A stretch of 56,894 nt of DNA from Patescibacteria group bacterium (lineage in GTDB: Bacteria > Patescibacteriota > Patescibacteriia > UBA10025 > JAHIVO01). A program made the translations under genes and the position numbers. Below the pieces are notes generated by a model. The model was not told where the DNA came from. It saw nothing but the letters and a program-made list of their open reading frames with translations, and did no database searches. This document shows, piece after piece, positions 4,165-14,128 of this stretch (position 1 is its first letter; each line of letters begins with the position of its first letter). The stretch spans positions 1-56,894 of the forward strand of contig JAZDEZ010000001.1 in the NCBI GenBank assembly GCA_043808365.1, written 5' to 3'.

Positions 4165-7152
4165 ATGCCTGACAATAAACAAAAGGCACCGACACCGAAA
4201 TCAATCTTCCCAGGGCTTGAAAAGGAAGTATTGGCTTTTTGGGAAAAGGAAAATATTTTTCAGAAGACGCTGGACCAGACGAAAACTGGAAAACCGTTTG
4301 TTTTTTTCGAAGGGCCGCCGACGGCTAATGGCAAGCCAGGCATCCACCATGTCTTAGCCCGGGCGTATAAGGACGTTATCGTCCGGTACAAGACCATGCG
4401 CGGTTTTTACGTCGAGCGGAAAGCCGGCTGGGATACGCACGGATTGCCAGTCGAGATTCAAGTCGAAAAAGAGCTGGGCATATCGGGCAAGCCGGAGATC
4501 GAAAAATTCGGCATTGAGGCATTCAACAAAAAATGCCGGGCCAGCGCGTGGAAATACAAGGCTGATTTGGAAGCCATGACCCGCAAAATCGGCTTTTGGC
4601 TGGACATGGAGCATCCGTATGTGACATATGAAAATAAATACATTGAGTCATTGTGGTGGGTGATCAAGCAGATCTGGGACAAAGGCTTATTATACAAAGG
4701 CCATAAAGTCGTGCCGCATTGCCCTCGCTGCGGTACGGCGTTGTCATCGCATGAGGTGGCGCTCGGCTATAAATCTGTTGAGGAGAATTCCGTTTACGTT
4801 AAGTTCAAAGTTGTCGGCCAAGAGAACACTTATATATTATCTTGGACTACGACACCGTGGACCTTACCTGGAAATGTTGCGCTTGCGGTAGGCGAGGATA
4901 TTGTTTATGTAAAGATTTCCGCCAAAGGCGGATCCGCCTCCGGCGGAAAAAATATAAGATATATTGTAGCGGAGGCGGTAGCAGGGAAGCTTTTTCCGGA
5001 AGCTGAAGTCGTGGAAACCCTAGCCGGCGAACAATTGGTTGGTTTGGAGTACGAACCGCTGTATGACATCAAGCCTTTGCAGAAAGAAACCGCGTATAAA
5101 GTTTATGCCGCTGATTTCGTCAATACCGAGGAGGGTACGGGCGTCGTCCATACTGCCGTCATGTACGGCGAGGACGATTTTCAGTTGGGAGAAAAAGTCG
5201 GTTTGCCGAAACACCATACTGTTGATCTGAACGGCAATTTTACGGCAGAAGTGTCCAAATGGGCCGGCCAATTCGTTAAAGATAAGTCAGTGGAAAAGGG
5301 GATTGTCGCTGATTTGCGTGAACGAGGACTGTTGCTGAAAGAGGAAATGTACCGCCATGATTACCCGTTTTGCTGGCGATGCGGGACGCCGCTCTTATAC
5401 TATGCAAAGGATTCATGGTTTATAATGGTTAGTAAAATTAGGGATGAGTTAATTAGGAACAATGAAACGATAAACTGGGTACCTGGGTACATCAAACACG
5501 GGCGGTTCGGCGAATGGCTGAACGAGGTCAAGGACTGGGCGTTTTCCCGCGAACGGTATTGGGGCACGCCGCTCCCGATCTGGGAATGCGAGAAATGCCA
5601 GGCGCGCGAATGCATCGGCTCGGTTGAAGAGCTCGTAGCTCGTAGCAAGGAGCACGTAGCAGGAAGCCACGCGCCACAAGCCACGCGCCACAAGCTGGAT
5701 TTGCACAAGCCATATGTCGATAAAATAACGTTTGTTTGTTCGTGCGGCGGGAACATGCACCGGGTCAAGGAAGTGGCGGATGTCTGGTTTGATTCCGGCG
5801 CCATGCCGTTTGCCCAGTGGCATTATCCGTTTGAGAATAAGGATCGCATTGACGCCGGCGGCAGTTATCCGGCTGATTTCATTGCCGAGGGCATTGACCA
5901 GACTCGGGGCTGGTTTTATACCTTGTTGACCGTCGCCACGCTGCTTGGTCATGGAGCGCCGTACAAGAATGTTATCTGCCTGAATCTGGTTTTTGACGCA
6001 AAAGGTCAAAAGATGTCCAAGTCAAAGGGCAATATCATTGACCCGTTTTATATTATCGACAAGTTCGGCGCCGACACGCTCCGTTGGTTTTTGTTTACCG
6101 TCAACCAGCCCGGGGACGCCAAGCTTTTCGACGAATCTCAATTGGACGAGGTCGTAAAGAAGCAGTGGCTGGTCCTTTGGAATATTTTGTCATTCTGGAA
6201 GATGCATGTCGGCCAGGCTAAAGATTCGTATCTTGATGAAAAGTTTACACAACCGCGAAGCGGGCACGTCCTGGACAAATGGATTCTGGCCAAGACGAAC
6301 GACACTATCGGCCAATGCACTAACCATTTGGAAAATTACAACATGACTGAATCCGGGCGCTTGATCGCTGAATTGATAAAGGAGCTGTCAACGTGGTACG
6401 TACGGAGGTCCCGTAACCGGTTCAAGATTGATGGGCAGGACAAGCAGGATGCCTTGGCGGTCTTGCGTTTTGCGTTGGTTACTATTGCCCGGTTACTGGC
6501 ACCGTATGCGCCGTTCATGGCTGAAGCACTTTACCGTGAAGTCAAGGGCCAGAACGAACCCATGAGCGTGCATCTGGCCGGTTGGCCGTCCGGTGAAGCG
6601 ACGGCAGAAGAAGCCGCGGTCATCCTGAAGCAAATGGTATTGGTCCGCCAGGCGGTTGAGCTTGGCCACAGCCTCCGGAAGGAAAAACAGATCAAGGTCA
6701 GGCAGCCATTGCCGCAATTCATCATTCGCGGCAAGCCACTAGACCCGGCACTGAAAGAGTTGGTCAAGGATGAGGCCAATGTAAAGGAAGTGATCTGCGT
6801 GGAAAAAATGCCCCAAGGCCCGGAATTTGCCGTAAAAGAAGCCGGCAGTCTGGCCGTGGCTCTGGACATGACCATTACGGATGAGCTGAAATATGAAGGC
6901 ATGGTCAGGGAGATGATCCGCCAGATCAATGCCATGCGCAAGGACGCGAAATTGACCATCGGTGACACAGTCGCCTTGTATTATGAAATTCCCGATCAGG
7001 AATTGGAAAAGATGTTCCTCCATTATAAAAATACGATCATCCGCGATGTCATCGCCAGCGGTTGCCTGAAGGGCATCCCTGATAATGTCGACCTGAAGAC
7101 CGTATTTGAAATTGCGGGCGTCCGCGTGACGTTCGGCATCAAAGGGAAATAG
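4165..7152 (+). CDS. ileS: Isoleucyl-tRNA synthetase
   Basis: Class I signatures (PTANGKPGIHHVLAR, KMSKSKGN), WTTTPWTLPGN editing-domain block, zinc CxxC pairs; ATG at 4165 is in frame with the track ORF. Confidence 0.95.
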   Translation: MPDNKQKAPTPKSIFPGLEKEVLAFWEKENIFQKTLDQTKTGKPFVFFEGPPTANGKPGIHHVLARAYKDVIVRYKTMRGFYVERKAGWDTHGLPVEIQVEKELGISGKPEIEKFGIEAFNKKCRASAWKYKADLEAMTRKIGFWLDMEHPYVTYENKYIESLWWVIKQIWDKGLLYKGHKVVPHCPRCGTALSSHEVALGYKSVEENSVYVKFKVVGQENTYILSWTTTPWTLPGNVALAVGEDIVYVKISAKGGSASGGKNIRYIVAEAVAGKLFPEAEVVETLAGEQLVGLEYEPLYDIKPLQKETAYKVYAADFVNTEEGTGVVHTAVMYGEDDFQLGEKVGLPKHHTVDLNGNFTAEVSKWAGQFVKDKSVEKGIVADLRERGLLLKEEMYRHDYPFCWRCGTPLLYYAKDSWFIMVSKIRDELIRNNETINWVPGYIKHGRFGEWLNEVKDWAFSRERYWGTPLPIWECEKCQARECIGSVEELVARSKEHVAGSHAPQATRHKLDLHKPYVDKITFVCSCGGNMHRVKEVADVWFDSGAMPFAQWHYPFENKDRIDAGGSYPADFIAEGIDQTRGWFYTLLTVATLLGHGAPYKNVICLNLVFDAKGQKMSKSKGNIIDPFYIIDKFGADTLRWFLFTVNQPGDAKLFDESQLDEVVKKQWLVLWNILSFWKMHVGQAKDSYLDEKFTQPRSGHVLDKWILAKTNDTIGQCTNHLENYNMTESGRLIAELIKELSTWYVRRSRNRFKIDGQDKQDALAVLRFALVTIARLLAPYAPFMAEALYREVKGQNEPMSVHLAGWPSGEATAEEAAVILKQMVLVRQAVELGHSLRKEKQIKVRQPLPQFIIRGKPLDPALKELVKDEANVKEVICVEKMPQGPEFAVKEAGSLAVALDMTITDELKYEGMVREMIRQINAMRKDAKLTIGDTVALYYEIPDQELEKMFLHYKNTIIRDVIASGCLKGIPDNVDLKTVFEIAGVRVTFGIKGK
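4916..4944 (-). repeat. 29-nt hairpin repeat, copy 2, in frame inside ileS
   Basis: TCCGCCaaaGGCGGA followed by TCCGCCtccGGCGGA (two perfect 6-bp hairpins); translated as SAKGGSASGGK. Confidence 0.8.
5631..5700 (+). repeat. Heptamer-periodic tract inside ileS
   Basis: gctcgta gctcgta gcaagga gcacgta gcaggaa gccacgc gccacaa gccacgc gccacaa gctggat: ten 7-nt units all starting GC; encodes ELVARSKEHVAGSHAPQATRHKLD. Confidence 0.7.
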
Positions 7153-7157
7153 GCCGT

Positions 7158-7910
7158 ATGGGCGTGTTTATGACAGAGGGCATCGTACTGAAGCACAGTC
7201 CGTGGCGTGAAGCTGACCGGATTATCGTTTTATTCTCCCGGGATTACGGGAAGATGAGCGTGGTCGCCCGCAGCGCCAGAAAGATTTCCAGCAAATTAGC
7301 CGGAAGCATTGAGCCGGTCACGCTGCTGCTTGTGTCCGTGGTGCGCGGTAAAAGGTACGACACGCTGGCCGGAGCGGAAGAAATTTATACGTACCCGTTA
7401 TTGCGTCGGAGTTTGCCGGCGACAGCCATGGCCATGCTGATCGGGGAAGTCATCGACCGATCCATGTTTCCGAGCCAGAATGACCGTCAGATTTTTGTCC
7501 TGCTCGACCAGTCCCTGCGCGATCTCGAACAGGCAAGCAAGCGGTCCCGGTCGGACGTTATTTTGGTCGCGTGGCGGTTTGTCTGGCAGTTTTTAGACGT
7601 TGTCGGCTACCGTCCGGAACTGCACCAATGCGTGGAATGCCATGAACGCGTCAAGCAGGAGAAAAATTGGTTTGATTATAAGAAAGGCGGTTTAATCTGC
7701 CCGCGCTGCGGCCGGTCCGCGCCTGACCGGGTGGCCGTGGCGCCGGAGATGATCAAGATTATTCGCTGGTTGGTGTCCACGCCGCCGTCGCACGTCAGAT
7801 TGAAAGTCCCAATATCCCTAATCCTCTCCGTGGGCCGGCTGACCAACGCGTATCTCAATTTTACCCATGAACATGGCATGGATTTTCGGCCATTCCTGAA
7901 GCTGGCCTGA
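7158..7910 (+). CDS. recO: DNA repair protein RecO
   Basis: N-terminal OB-like GIVLKHSPWREADRIIVLFSRDYGK and the zinc motif CVECH...CPRCG typical of RecO. Confidence 0.85.
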   Translation: MGVFMTEGIVLKHSPWREADRIIVLFSRDYGKMSVVARSARKISSKLAGSIEPVTLLLVSVVRGKRYDTLAGAEEIYTYPLLRRSLPATAMAMLIGEVIDRSMFPSQNDRQIFVLLDQSLRDLEQASKRSRSDVILVAWRFVWQFLDVVGYRPELHQCVECHERVKQEKNWFDYKKGGLICPRCGRSAPDRVAVAPEMIKIIRWLVSTPPSHVRLKVPISLILSVGRLTNAYLNFTHEHGMDFRPFLKLA

Positions 7911-7967
7911 TTCTCCTCCGCTTATATACCCCGCAGTTTACTGCGGGAATACAAAATGAGGAGAATC
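7909..7967. other. Nested hairpin at the recO stop codon
   Basis: Outer stem GATTCTCCTC/GAGGAGAATC (10 bp) enclosing inner stem CCCGCAG/CTGCGGG (7 bp, loop TTTA); no T-run follows. Confidence 0.5.
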
Positions 7968-8190
7968 CTCCGTAGCGCACTTGTCCCCTGAAGCTTTAGC
8001 AAAAGGGGAAGCGAAGGAGGATAATTAGCTTCGGAGAATGAACGCGTTGCATTGCTGGCGATGCTTCGTCAGCTTGTTTCGGGGTTGTTCATTTGGTATA
8101 CTGGGCATATAAATTACCAATATCCCCGCCCGCCAGTGGTGCGGGCAGGTGGGCGGGGGCGCGGCAATTTTCAAACAAATTAACAAACAT

Positions 8191-10218
8191 ATGGCGAAAA
8201 AAACAAAGTCAGACAAGAAAAATTCAGCGGTTGAAAACGAGCAAACCAGCCCCCAGGCAGACCGGGAAGCAATCCGGAGAATTTTAGTTTCGGATGAATC
8301 TGAAGAAAATGGCAGCGCTGCAGAATCGGCGACTCCGGACAAGGATTTTGCCGCCATGTATCAGGCCAGAGGCACGGCCCGTTCTGAAATGTTCACTATC
8401 GACCGTCGGGACCCGAATAGACGGAAAAAGATGATCGCCATGATCGTGGGCGGTCTGGTGTTGATTGTCGGCGTGACCCTCGCGGGTTTTTATTATTTTG
8501 TCAGCCGGCAGCCGCAGTTCGCAGGCGAAAATATTTCAATCATCACGACGGCACCGCCCGCAGTGGCCGCGGGCGCTGACAATACATTTTCGATCACCGT
8601 ACGGAATGACGAGCTGGTTGAGATTAAAAACGTTATGGTAACCGTCCAATTTCCCGATGGTTTTATTTATAAATCGTCTTCACCGCCCGCCGAAAATGAC
8701 GCGCATAATGCCTGGGCCCTGGATACTATCGGTAATGGGAAAAGTAGGACGGTAGAAATTATCGGCCAGCCATTCGGCGATATCGGCACCATGCAGTCAT
8801 TTTCCATCCTGGTCAGTTATACGCCGGCGAATTTCAATTCAGAATTTCAGAAGGACAGTTCATTCAACGTGACGCTGAACAAGTCCGCGATCAACTTGAA
8901 TATGGAAGTGCCTCTGAAAGTGGTCAGTGGCCATGCGGCGGATTACCGAATCAAGTTTACGAATACGTCAAAAGACGTATTTAACCGAGTGCGCTTGGCC
9001 ATCGCCTGGCCGGAAGATGTGGTCGTCGGCAGTCTAAATCCAGCGCCGACTGATGCCGGCAAACGTACCTGGGAGATTGACCAGATCGCCGCTGGCGCCA
9101 GCTATGAAGTGTCTTTCAAAGGCACGGTATCCGGCGCAGAAGGAGCGATGCGCGAATTCAAAGCGGAAGTCGGCTATACTGACGCAGCCGGCCAGTATCA
9201 TAAGCAGGCAGAAGGCTCGTCGATCGTCATTGTGGCTAATCCGCAACTCCTGTTGAATTTATCTATTAATGACAGTACTACCAATACTGCCGTTGATTTT
9301 GGCAGTATTTTGGACTATACGTTGAAATACCGGAACGACAGCCAAACAGAAATCAAGGACATGGGATTGCAAATCAAAGCTGACAGCAGCCTGATTGATT
9401 GGAATAAAATCATCAATACGAATAACGGCAAGGTTGTCGGCAGTACGGTGACATGGGATGGCGACGCAGTACCGGCCCTGAAATCAGTCAAACCGGGGGA
9501 TGAGGGAGAGGTGAAAATCCGCGTCAGCGTAAAAGACGCCCCTCAGCCAAAGACAACCAGCGATAAAAATTACGCGATCGTAAGCCAGGCCAAGGCTGTC
9601 TCGACTAACGTCGTTGATCTGGCCGGCGGCTCATTATCCATCGAAAGTAATAGTTTGACTACGAAAATTAACAGTAAAGTCTCATTGCGGGCAGAGGGCC
9701 GGTATTATTCAGACGAAAATGTCGCCGTTGGAGCTGGGCCGTTACCGCCGCAAGTTGGGCAAAAAACTACCTATGTCGCGTATTGGTACCTGACGAACAA
9801 CGGCAATGAGGTTCAGAATGTCACTGTCACGACTGTGTTGCCAGAGTGGGTTGCTTGGGAGAATATTATAAAAGTTACTGCCGGTACAATGAGTTTTGAC
9901 GGCACAACTCGGACTGTCACCTGGTCAATCAATAAATTGCCGGCCCAAATCGGACAGCTCATCCCGGAACTGGCGGCCCAATTTTCCATATCCGTCACCC
10001 CGACCAGCGCTGATGTCGGAAAATTATTAATATTGACCGGGAAAAGCATCGGATCAGGAGTCGATACATTTACCAGCCAAACGCTGTCGCCATCCCAGGA
10101 TATGATCACTTCTGATTTGGCACAAGATCCGCAAGCTTCAGGTAAGGGGGTTGTTGTTGATCAATTTTTAACGAATACAAACACGAATGTGAATGTAAAT
10201 TCATCCGGCAACCAGTAA
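8191..10218 (+). CDS. Large membrane-anchored extracytoplasmic protein with repeated beta-rich modules
   Basis: MAKKTKSDKK... charged N-terminus, single TM helix (MIAMIVGGLVLIVGVTLAGFYYF), then ~550 aa of repetitive T/S/N/V-rich sequence; family not recognised. Confidence 0.65.
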   Translation: MAKKTKSDKKNSAVENEQTSPQADREAIRRILVSDESEENGSAAESATPDKDFAAMYQARGTARSEMFTIDRRDPNRRKKMIAMIVGGLVLIVGVTLAGFYYFVSRQPQFAGENISIITTAPPAVAAGADNTFSITVRNDELVEIKNVMVTVQFPDGFIYKSSSPPAENDAHNAWALDTIGNGKSRTVEIIGQPFGDIGTMQSFSILVSYTPANFNSEFQKDSSFNVTLNKSAINLNMEVPLKVVSGHAADYRIKFTNTSKDVFNRVRLAIAWPEDVVVGSLNPAPTDAGKRTWEIDQIAAGASYEVSFKGTVSGAEGAMREFKAEVGYTDAAGQYHKQAEGSSIVIVANPQLLLNLSINDSTTNTAVDFGSILDYTLKYRNDSQTEIKDMGLQIKADSSLIDWNKIINTNNGKVVGSTVTWDGDAVPALKSVKPGDEGEVKIRVSVKDAPQPKTTSDKNYAIVSQAKAVSTNVVDLAGGSLSIESNSLTTKINSKVSLRAEGRYYSDENVAVGAGPLPPQVGQKTTYVAYWYLTNNGNEVQNVTVTTVLPEWVAWENIIKVTAGTMSFDGTTRTVTWSINKLPAQIGQLIPELAAQFSISVTPTSADVGKLLILTGKSIGSGVDTFTSQTLSPSQDMITSDLAQDPQASGKGVVVDQFLTNTNTNVNVNSSGNQ

Positions 10219-11439
10219 TGTCTATTATTCATGCGAAGCCATACCGTGTCATGGCGTCTTCAAAAAAAAGCAAGGCGCGTCTTGGGTTATTATCAACAGC
10301 GCATGGTCAAGTGACGACGCCTGTGTTTATGCCGATTGCCACGCGTGGCGCCGTAAAGACGCTGAGGCCGGATGAAATACGGGGGACTGGCGCGCAGCTC
10401 ATATTATCAAACACATATCACCTCTGGCAGCGGCCAGGCTTGCCGGTCATAAAAAAAGCCGGCGGTTTGCATGCTTTTATGGGATGGTCCGGATCGATCC
10501 TGACAGATTCGGGCGGGTATCAGGTTTTTTCATTGGCCAGGTCACGGAAAATCACCGAACGCGGCGTCCAGTTCACGTCGGACATTGACGGCCAAAAATA
10601 TTTATTGACTCCGGAGAAGGCGATCGATATTCAGCATGCGCTCGGTTCTGACATTATTATGAGTTTAGATGAATGTCCGCCATATCCCAGTACTCATGCC
10701 TATGCCGAGCGTTCGTTGGCTATGACCACCCGGTGGGCGATTCGATGCAAAACTAGGAACTTGGAATTCAGAACTAGGAACTCTGAACTTGGGACAGGGA
10801 ACTTGGGACAGGGAACTTGGAACTCAGAACTAGGAACAATGAACAGGGGGAAAGATTTAAAGTTTAGTGTTCAAAGTTCACGGTTACTTTTTGGCATCGT
10901 ACAAGGCTCGGTCTATCAGGACTTGCGGGAGCGAAGCGCGCGGCAATTGGTCCAGCTCGAACTTGACGGCTATGCCATCGGCGGACTGGCTGTCGGCGAG
11001 CCGACGGAAAAGATGTACCAGGCGATTGATTGGGTGGAGCCAATATTGCCGGAAAACAAGCCTCGGTACCTGATGGGCGTGGGATACCCGGAACAGATCA
11101 TTGAGGCGGTGAAGCGAGGCATTGATATGTTTGATTGTGTCTTGCCGACGCGGAATGCCAGGCACGGCTCGTTATTCAATTTCAAAAATAAAACATCAAA
11201 AATCAAATTTTGGGGAAAGAAATTTTATGATGAAATGCTGATTAAGCAATCCCGTTATGCAGCCAGTGGACCGGGGTTGCGATTGCTATATGTGCCGGCA
11301 TTTTTCACGCGCGTACCTGCGCCACCTGTTCATGACTGGGGATCCGCTGGGTCAGCGATTAGCGACCATCCATAACGTAACGTTTTATATGAAGTTAATG
11401 GGACAAATCCGTGACCATATCAAAAAAGGAAAATTATAA
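10218..11439 (+). CDS. tgt: Queuine tRNA-ribosyltransferase, reading frame broken near 11255 (frameshift or sequence error)
   Basis: LSNTYHL, LTDSGGYQVFSL, DECP and GGLAVGE in frame 0 (10218-11375); the canonical zinc/C-terminal block PVDRGCDCYMCRHFSRAYLRHL...TIHNVTFYMKLM is in the +1 frame ORF 11257-11439. Confidence 0.85.
10749..10846 (+). repeat. Heptamer-periodic tract inside tgt (14 units)
   Basis: aaaacta ggaactt ggaattc agaacta ggaactc tgaactt gggacag ggaactt gggacag ggaactt ggaactc agaacta ggaacaa tgaacag; translated as KTRNLEFRTRNSELGTGNLGQGTWNSELGTMNRG. Confidence 0.85.
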
Positions 11440-11782
11440 GGAATGGCTGGGGCAAAATGTCACGGTTGCCATTGATCGACCAATCGGTTCTTCGCATCCT
11501 GATTTTAGGGATCTCATGTATCCGGTAAATTATGGTCATATTCCCGGTGTGGTATCAGATATTGACCATGAAGACATCGATGCGTACATCCTTGGGCAGC
11601 CGCAACCGCTTGTTTCTTTTGAGGGGAAAGTAATCGCCGTCATTAATAGGGATAATGATGAAATAAAATTGGTAGTTACCGATGGGCTTGAGGTGGCCAA
11701 GGAAGATATTGAGAAGCAGGTGAATTTCCAGGAAAAGTACTTCAAGCATTCGATCATAACCCCCGGTGATTTGGAAACGTGA
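11411..11782 (+). CDS. Short inorganic-pyrophosphatase-like protein
   Basis: YPVNYGHIPGVVSDIDHEDIDAYILG resembles the family I PPase block YPxNYGxI....DGDPxDVLV; GTG start; overlaps the tgt 3' end. Confidence 0.45.
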   Translation: MTISKKENYKEWLGQNVTVAIDRPIGSSHPDFRDLMYPVNYGHIPGVVSDIDHEDIDAYILGQPQPLVSFEGKVIAVINRDNDEIKLVVTDGLEVAKEDIEKQVNFQEKYFKHSIITPGDLET

Positions 11783-11865
11783 AAATACGCCGGTTGACGG
11801 TTGAATCAGGGGCTTGATTGTTTTATTTTTTTCGTGTAGTATATATCCACAACTAAAAATATTTT

Positions 11866-12588
11866 ATGGATAACCAGAACAACCAACCGATGACCAAGAC
11901 CCAGCGGCGCGATCTTAGGCGCCAGGAAATCATGAACCAGCGCCAGGGTCAGGTAAAAAAGTCCCGTCTGATGACCTGGGTCATCAGTATCGCCATTGTC
12001 GTGGTGGTTGGAGGCTTGATAGCTTGGGCGATCAAAGGTTCAAACAGCCCCGCCGCTCCGCTGACTGGCGCCAGTGAAGTCCCGGTACTCGGCAGCGCGG
12101 CCGCAAAAGCAGTGGTCATGGAGTTTTCGGATCTGTCATGCCCGGCCTGCGCGACAGTCGCCCCGATCGTCAGGCAATTAGCGGATTTTTACCAGGATAA
12201 GATCAGGATAGAATTCAGAAGCTTTAATATCGGGCACCAATGGTCCGGAAAGTCACTGGAGGCGGGCCGATGCGCCCTGGCCCAGGGGAAGTTCTGGGAA
12301 TTTTCAGATAAAGCCTTTGCCAATTTAAGTTCTTGGGAAAGTGCCGATAATGCCGTCGACCTCTTTAAGTCCTACGCCAAGGATATTGGCGTAAATACCG
12401 ACCAGTTCAATTCCTGCCTTGATTCCGGACAGACTGATTCTGCCATCCAGGAAGACATGAAGCTGGGCAAGGACAAGGGCGTGAATTCTACCCCCACTTT
12501 CTTTATCAATGGCCAGAAAAAAGTGGGCGCGCAATCGCTGGACGAGTTCAAGAAGGTAATTGACGAGGAATTAACAAAAACAAATTAA
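11866..12588 (+). CDS. Membrane-anchored DsbA-family thiol:disulfide oxidoreductase
   Basis: N-terminal TM helix (WVISIAIVVVVGGLIAW) and thioredoxin-fold CPAC active site (FSDLSCPACATV); C-terminal VNSTPTFFINGQ block. Confidence 0.8.
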   Translation: MDNQNNQPMTKTQRRDLRRQEIMNQRQGQVKKSRLMTWVISIAIVVVVGGLIAWAIKGSNSPAAPLTGASEVPVLGSAAAKAVVMEFSDLSCPACATVAPIVRQLADFYQDKIRIEFRSFNIGHQWSGKSLEAGRCALAQGKFWEFSDKAFANLSSWESADNAVDLFKSYAKDIGVNTDQFNSCLDSGQTDSAIQEDMKLGKDKGVNSTPTFFINGQKKVGAQSLDEFKKVIDEELTKTN

Positions 12589-12599
12589 CAGGAGGACGT

Positions 12600-13076
12600 A
12601 TGATTACCGTTTATAAGGCCGCGTCCAAGGACAGCCGGATGGTGGCCAGACTTATGAAACAAAAGTACAGCTTCCGTACGCTCGCGGAAGCGCAGGAAGC
12701 GTTTCGAAAGGAGATGCGGCGGCAGCATCATTTCCGGGTGGCTTGGCTTGATAACCAGGCAGTCGGTCTTATCAGCTGGCGCATGCAGGGGGGCGTCCAT
12801 CACGGCGTCGCCGAACTGGTTCGGCTGGCAGTTTCGTCATCCGTACCGGAACCGCGGGAGGTCAAAGAAGCCCTGTTTGACGTCATGCTGGCAGAAGCTG
12901 ACAGTTTTTATCATGAACACGGAGGTCGCATGCGCAAGGTTTTTTCCATGATCCATGCGGACAACCGCCATATCCGAGAGTTTTTCCAGGATAAGGGCAT
13001 GCGTCAGGAGGCCGTCCTGAAAAACCATTTCCATCCGGGGGTGGATGAGTTGGTGTATTCTCTTTTTTTAGCTTAA
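12600..13076 (+). CDS. GNAT-like acetyltransferase (weak)
   Basis: Size and C-terminal pattern ADNRHIREFFQDKGMRQEAVL resemble the GNAT N..A..FY.K.GF block; motif A is atypical. Confidence 0.5.
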   Translation: MITVYKAASKDSRMVARLMKQKYSFRTLAEAQEAFRKEMRRQHHFRVAWLDNQAVGLISWRMQGGVHHGVAELVRLAVSSSVPEPREVKEALFDVMLAEADSFYHEHGGRMRKVFSMIHADNRHIREFFQDKGMRQEAVLKNHFHPGVDELVYSLFLA

Positions 13077-13174
13077 AGACTTGGCATGTAAACCGTTGTC
13101 CGGATGGTTTTTTTGTGGTAGACGAAAACTGAAAGTTTTGGTAAGGTGGTACTATACAAATAAACGTTTTTATC

Positions 13175-14128
13175 ATGAAACTTCTCGTGGCCATCCCGGC
13201 CTTTAACGAGGAAAAATCCATATCTAGCGTGATACGCAGTATCCCGCCGGTGATTTCGGAAATTACCGAAATTAACATTGTGGTGTTCAATGACGGGTCA
13301 ACAGACCGGACGACCGAGCAGGCCCAAACGGCAGGAGCGCGGGTAATCAGTCGCCAGGATAACCGCGGATTGAGTTATACATTTCAGGAGATTGTGCAGG
13401 AATCATTAAAACAGAATGCTGATATATTAGTGAACATTGATGCGGACGGGCAATTTAACGCAAGCGACATCCCGAAATTGGTTCAGCCTATTATTGACGG
13501 ACAGGCGGATGCCGTTACAGCTTCGCGTTTTATCGACCAGCGGATCACGCCCGCCATGCCCGTGATGAAGCGCTGGGGCAATACTATGGTGGCCAGGCTG
13601 GTCAGCTTTTTAACTCAGCAGAGATTCTATGACGTCTCGTGCGGGTTTCGAGCCTATTCCCGTGAAGCGTTTCTTCACCTCAATTTATTCAGCAAGTTCA
13701 CCTATACTCATGAGACTTTTCTTAATATTGCCTTTAAGGGTTTGCGGATTTGGGAAATACCGGTCGTGGTGCGTGGCGAAAGGGAATTTGGGCAGTCAAA
13801 AGTGGCGCATAGCCTGTGGCGGTACGGGTATAACATGGTCAACACGATTTTTCGGACCATGCTGGATTACAAGCCGCTGAAATTTTTCGGGTGGGGAGGA
13901 GGATTCGTGTTTTTAATCGGCGTGGTGTTCGAGATATTTGTTTTAATCCACTGGATCGGAACGGGGGAAATATCGCCGTATAAAAGTTTCGGTTTTGCTG
14001 GTTTATTTTTGAACCTATTTGGCGTCCTAATGCTGATCGTCGGGTTGCTGGCGGATATGATCAATCGCGTTCGCTTGACCCAAGAAAGAATCCTTTATTA
14101 TGAAAAAAAACGCTCTTTCAGATCCTAG
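13175..14128 (+). CDS. Family 2 glycosyltransferase with C-terminal TM helices (polyprenol-phosphate sugar synthase / GtrB-like)
   Basis: AIPAFNEEKSI, NDGSTDRT and NIDADGQ (DxD) motifs; two C-terminal hydrophobic helices. Confidence 0.85.
   Translation: MKLLVAIPAFNEEKSISSVIRSIPPVISEITEINIVVFNDGSTDRTTEQAQTAGARVISRQDNRGLSYTFQEIVQESLKQNADILVNIDADGQFNASDIPKLVQPIIDGQADAVTASRFIDQRITPAMPVMKRWGNTMVARLVSFLTQQRFYDVSCGFRAYSREAFLHLNLFSKFTYTHETFLNIAFKGLRIWEIPVVVRGEREFGQSKVAHSLWRYGYNMVNTIFRTMLDYKPLKFFGWGGGFVFLIGVVFEIFVLIHWIGTGEISPYKSFGFAGLFLNLFGVLMLIVGLLADMINRVRLTQERILYYEKKRSFRS

Noticed and set aside
10749-10846. Possible CRISPR array, given the many short direct repeats here and in the atp spacers
   Set aside because: The units are 7 nt and directly abutting with no unique spacers, the tracts lie in frame inside genes or form inverted arms, and no cas genes are present.
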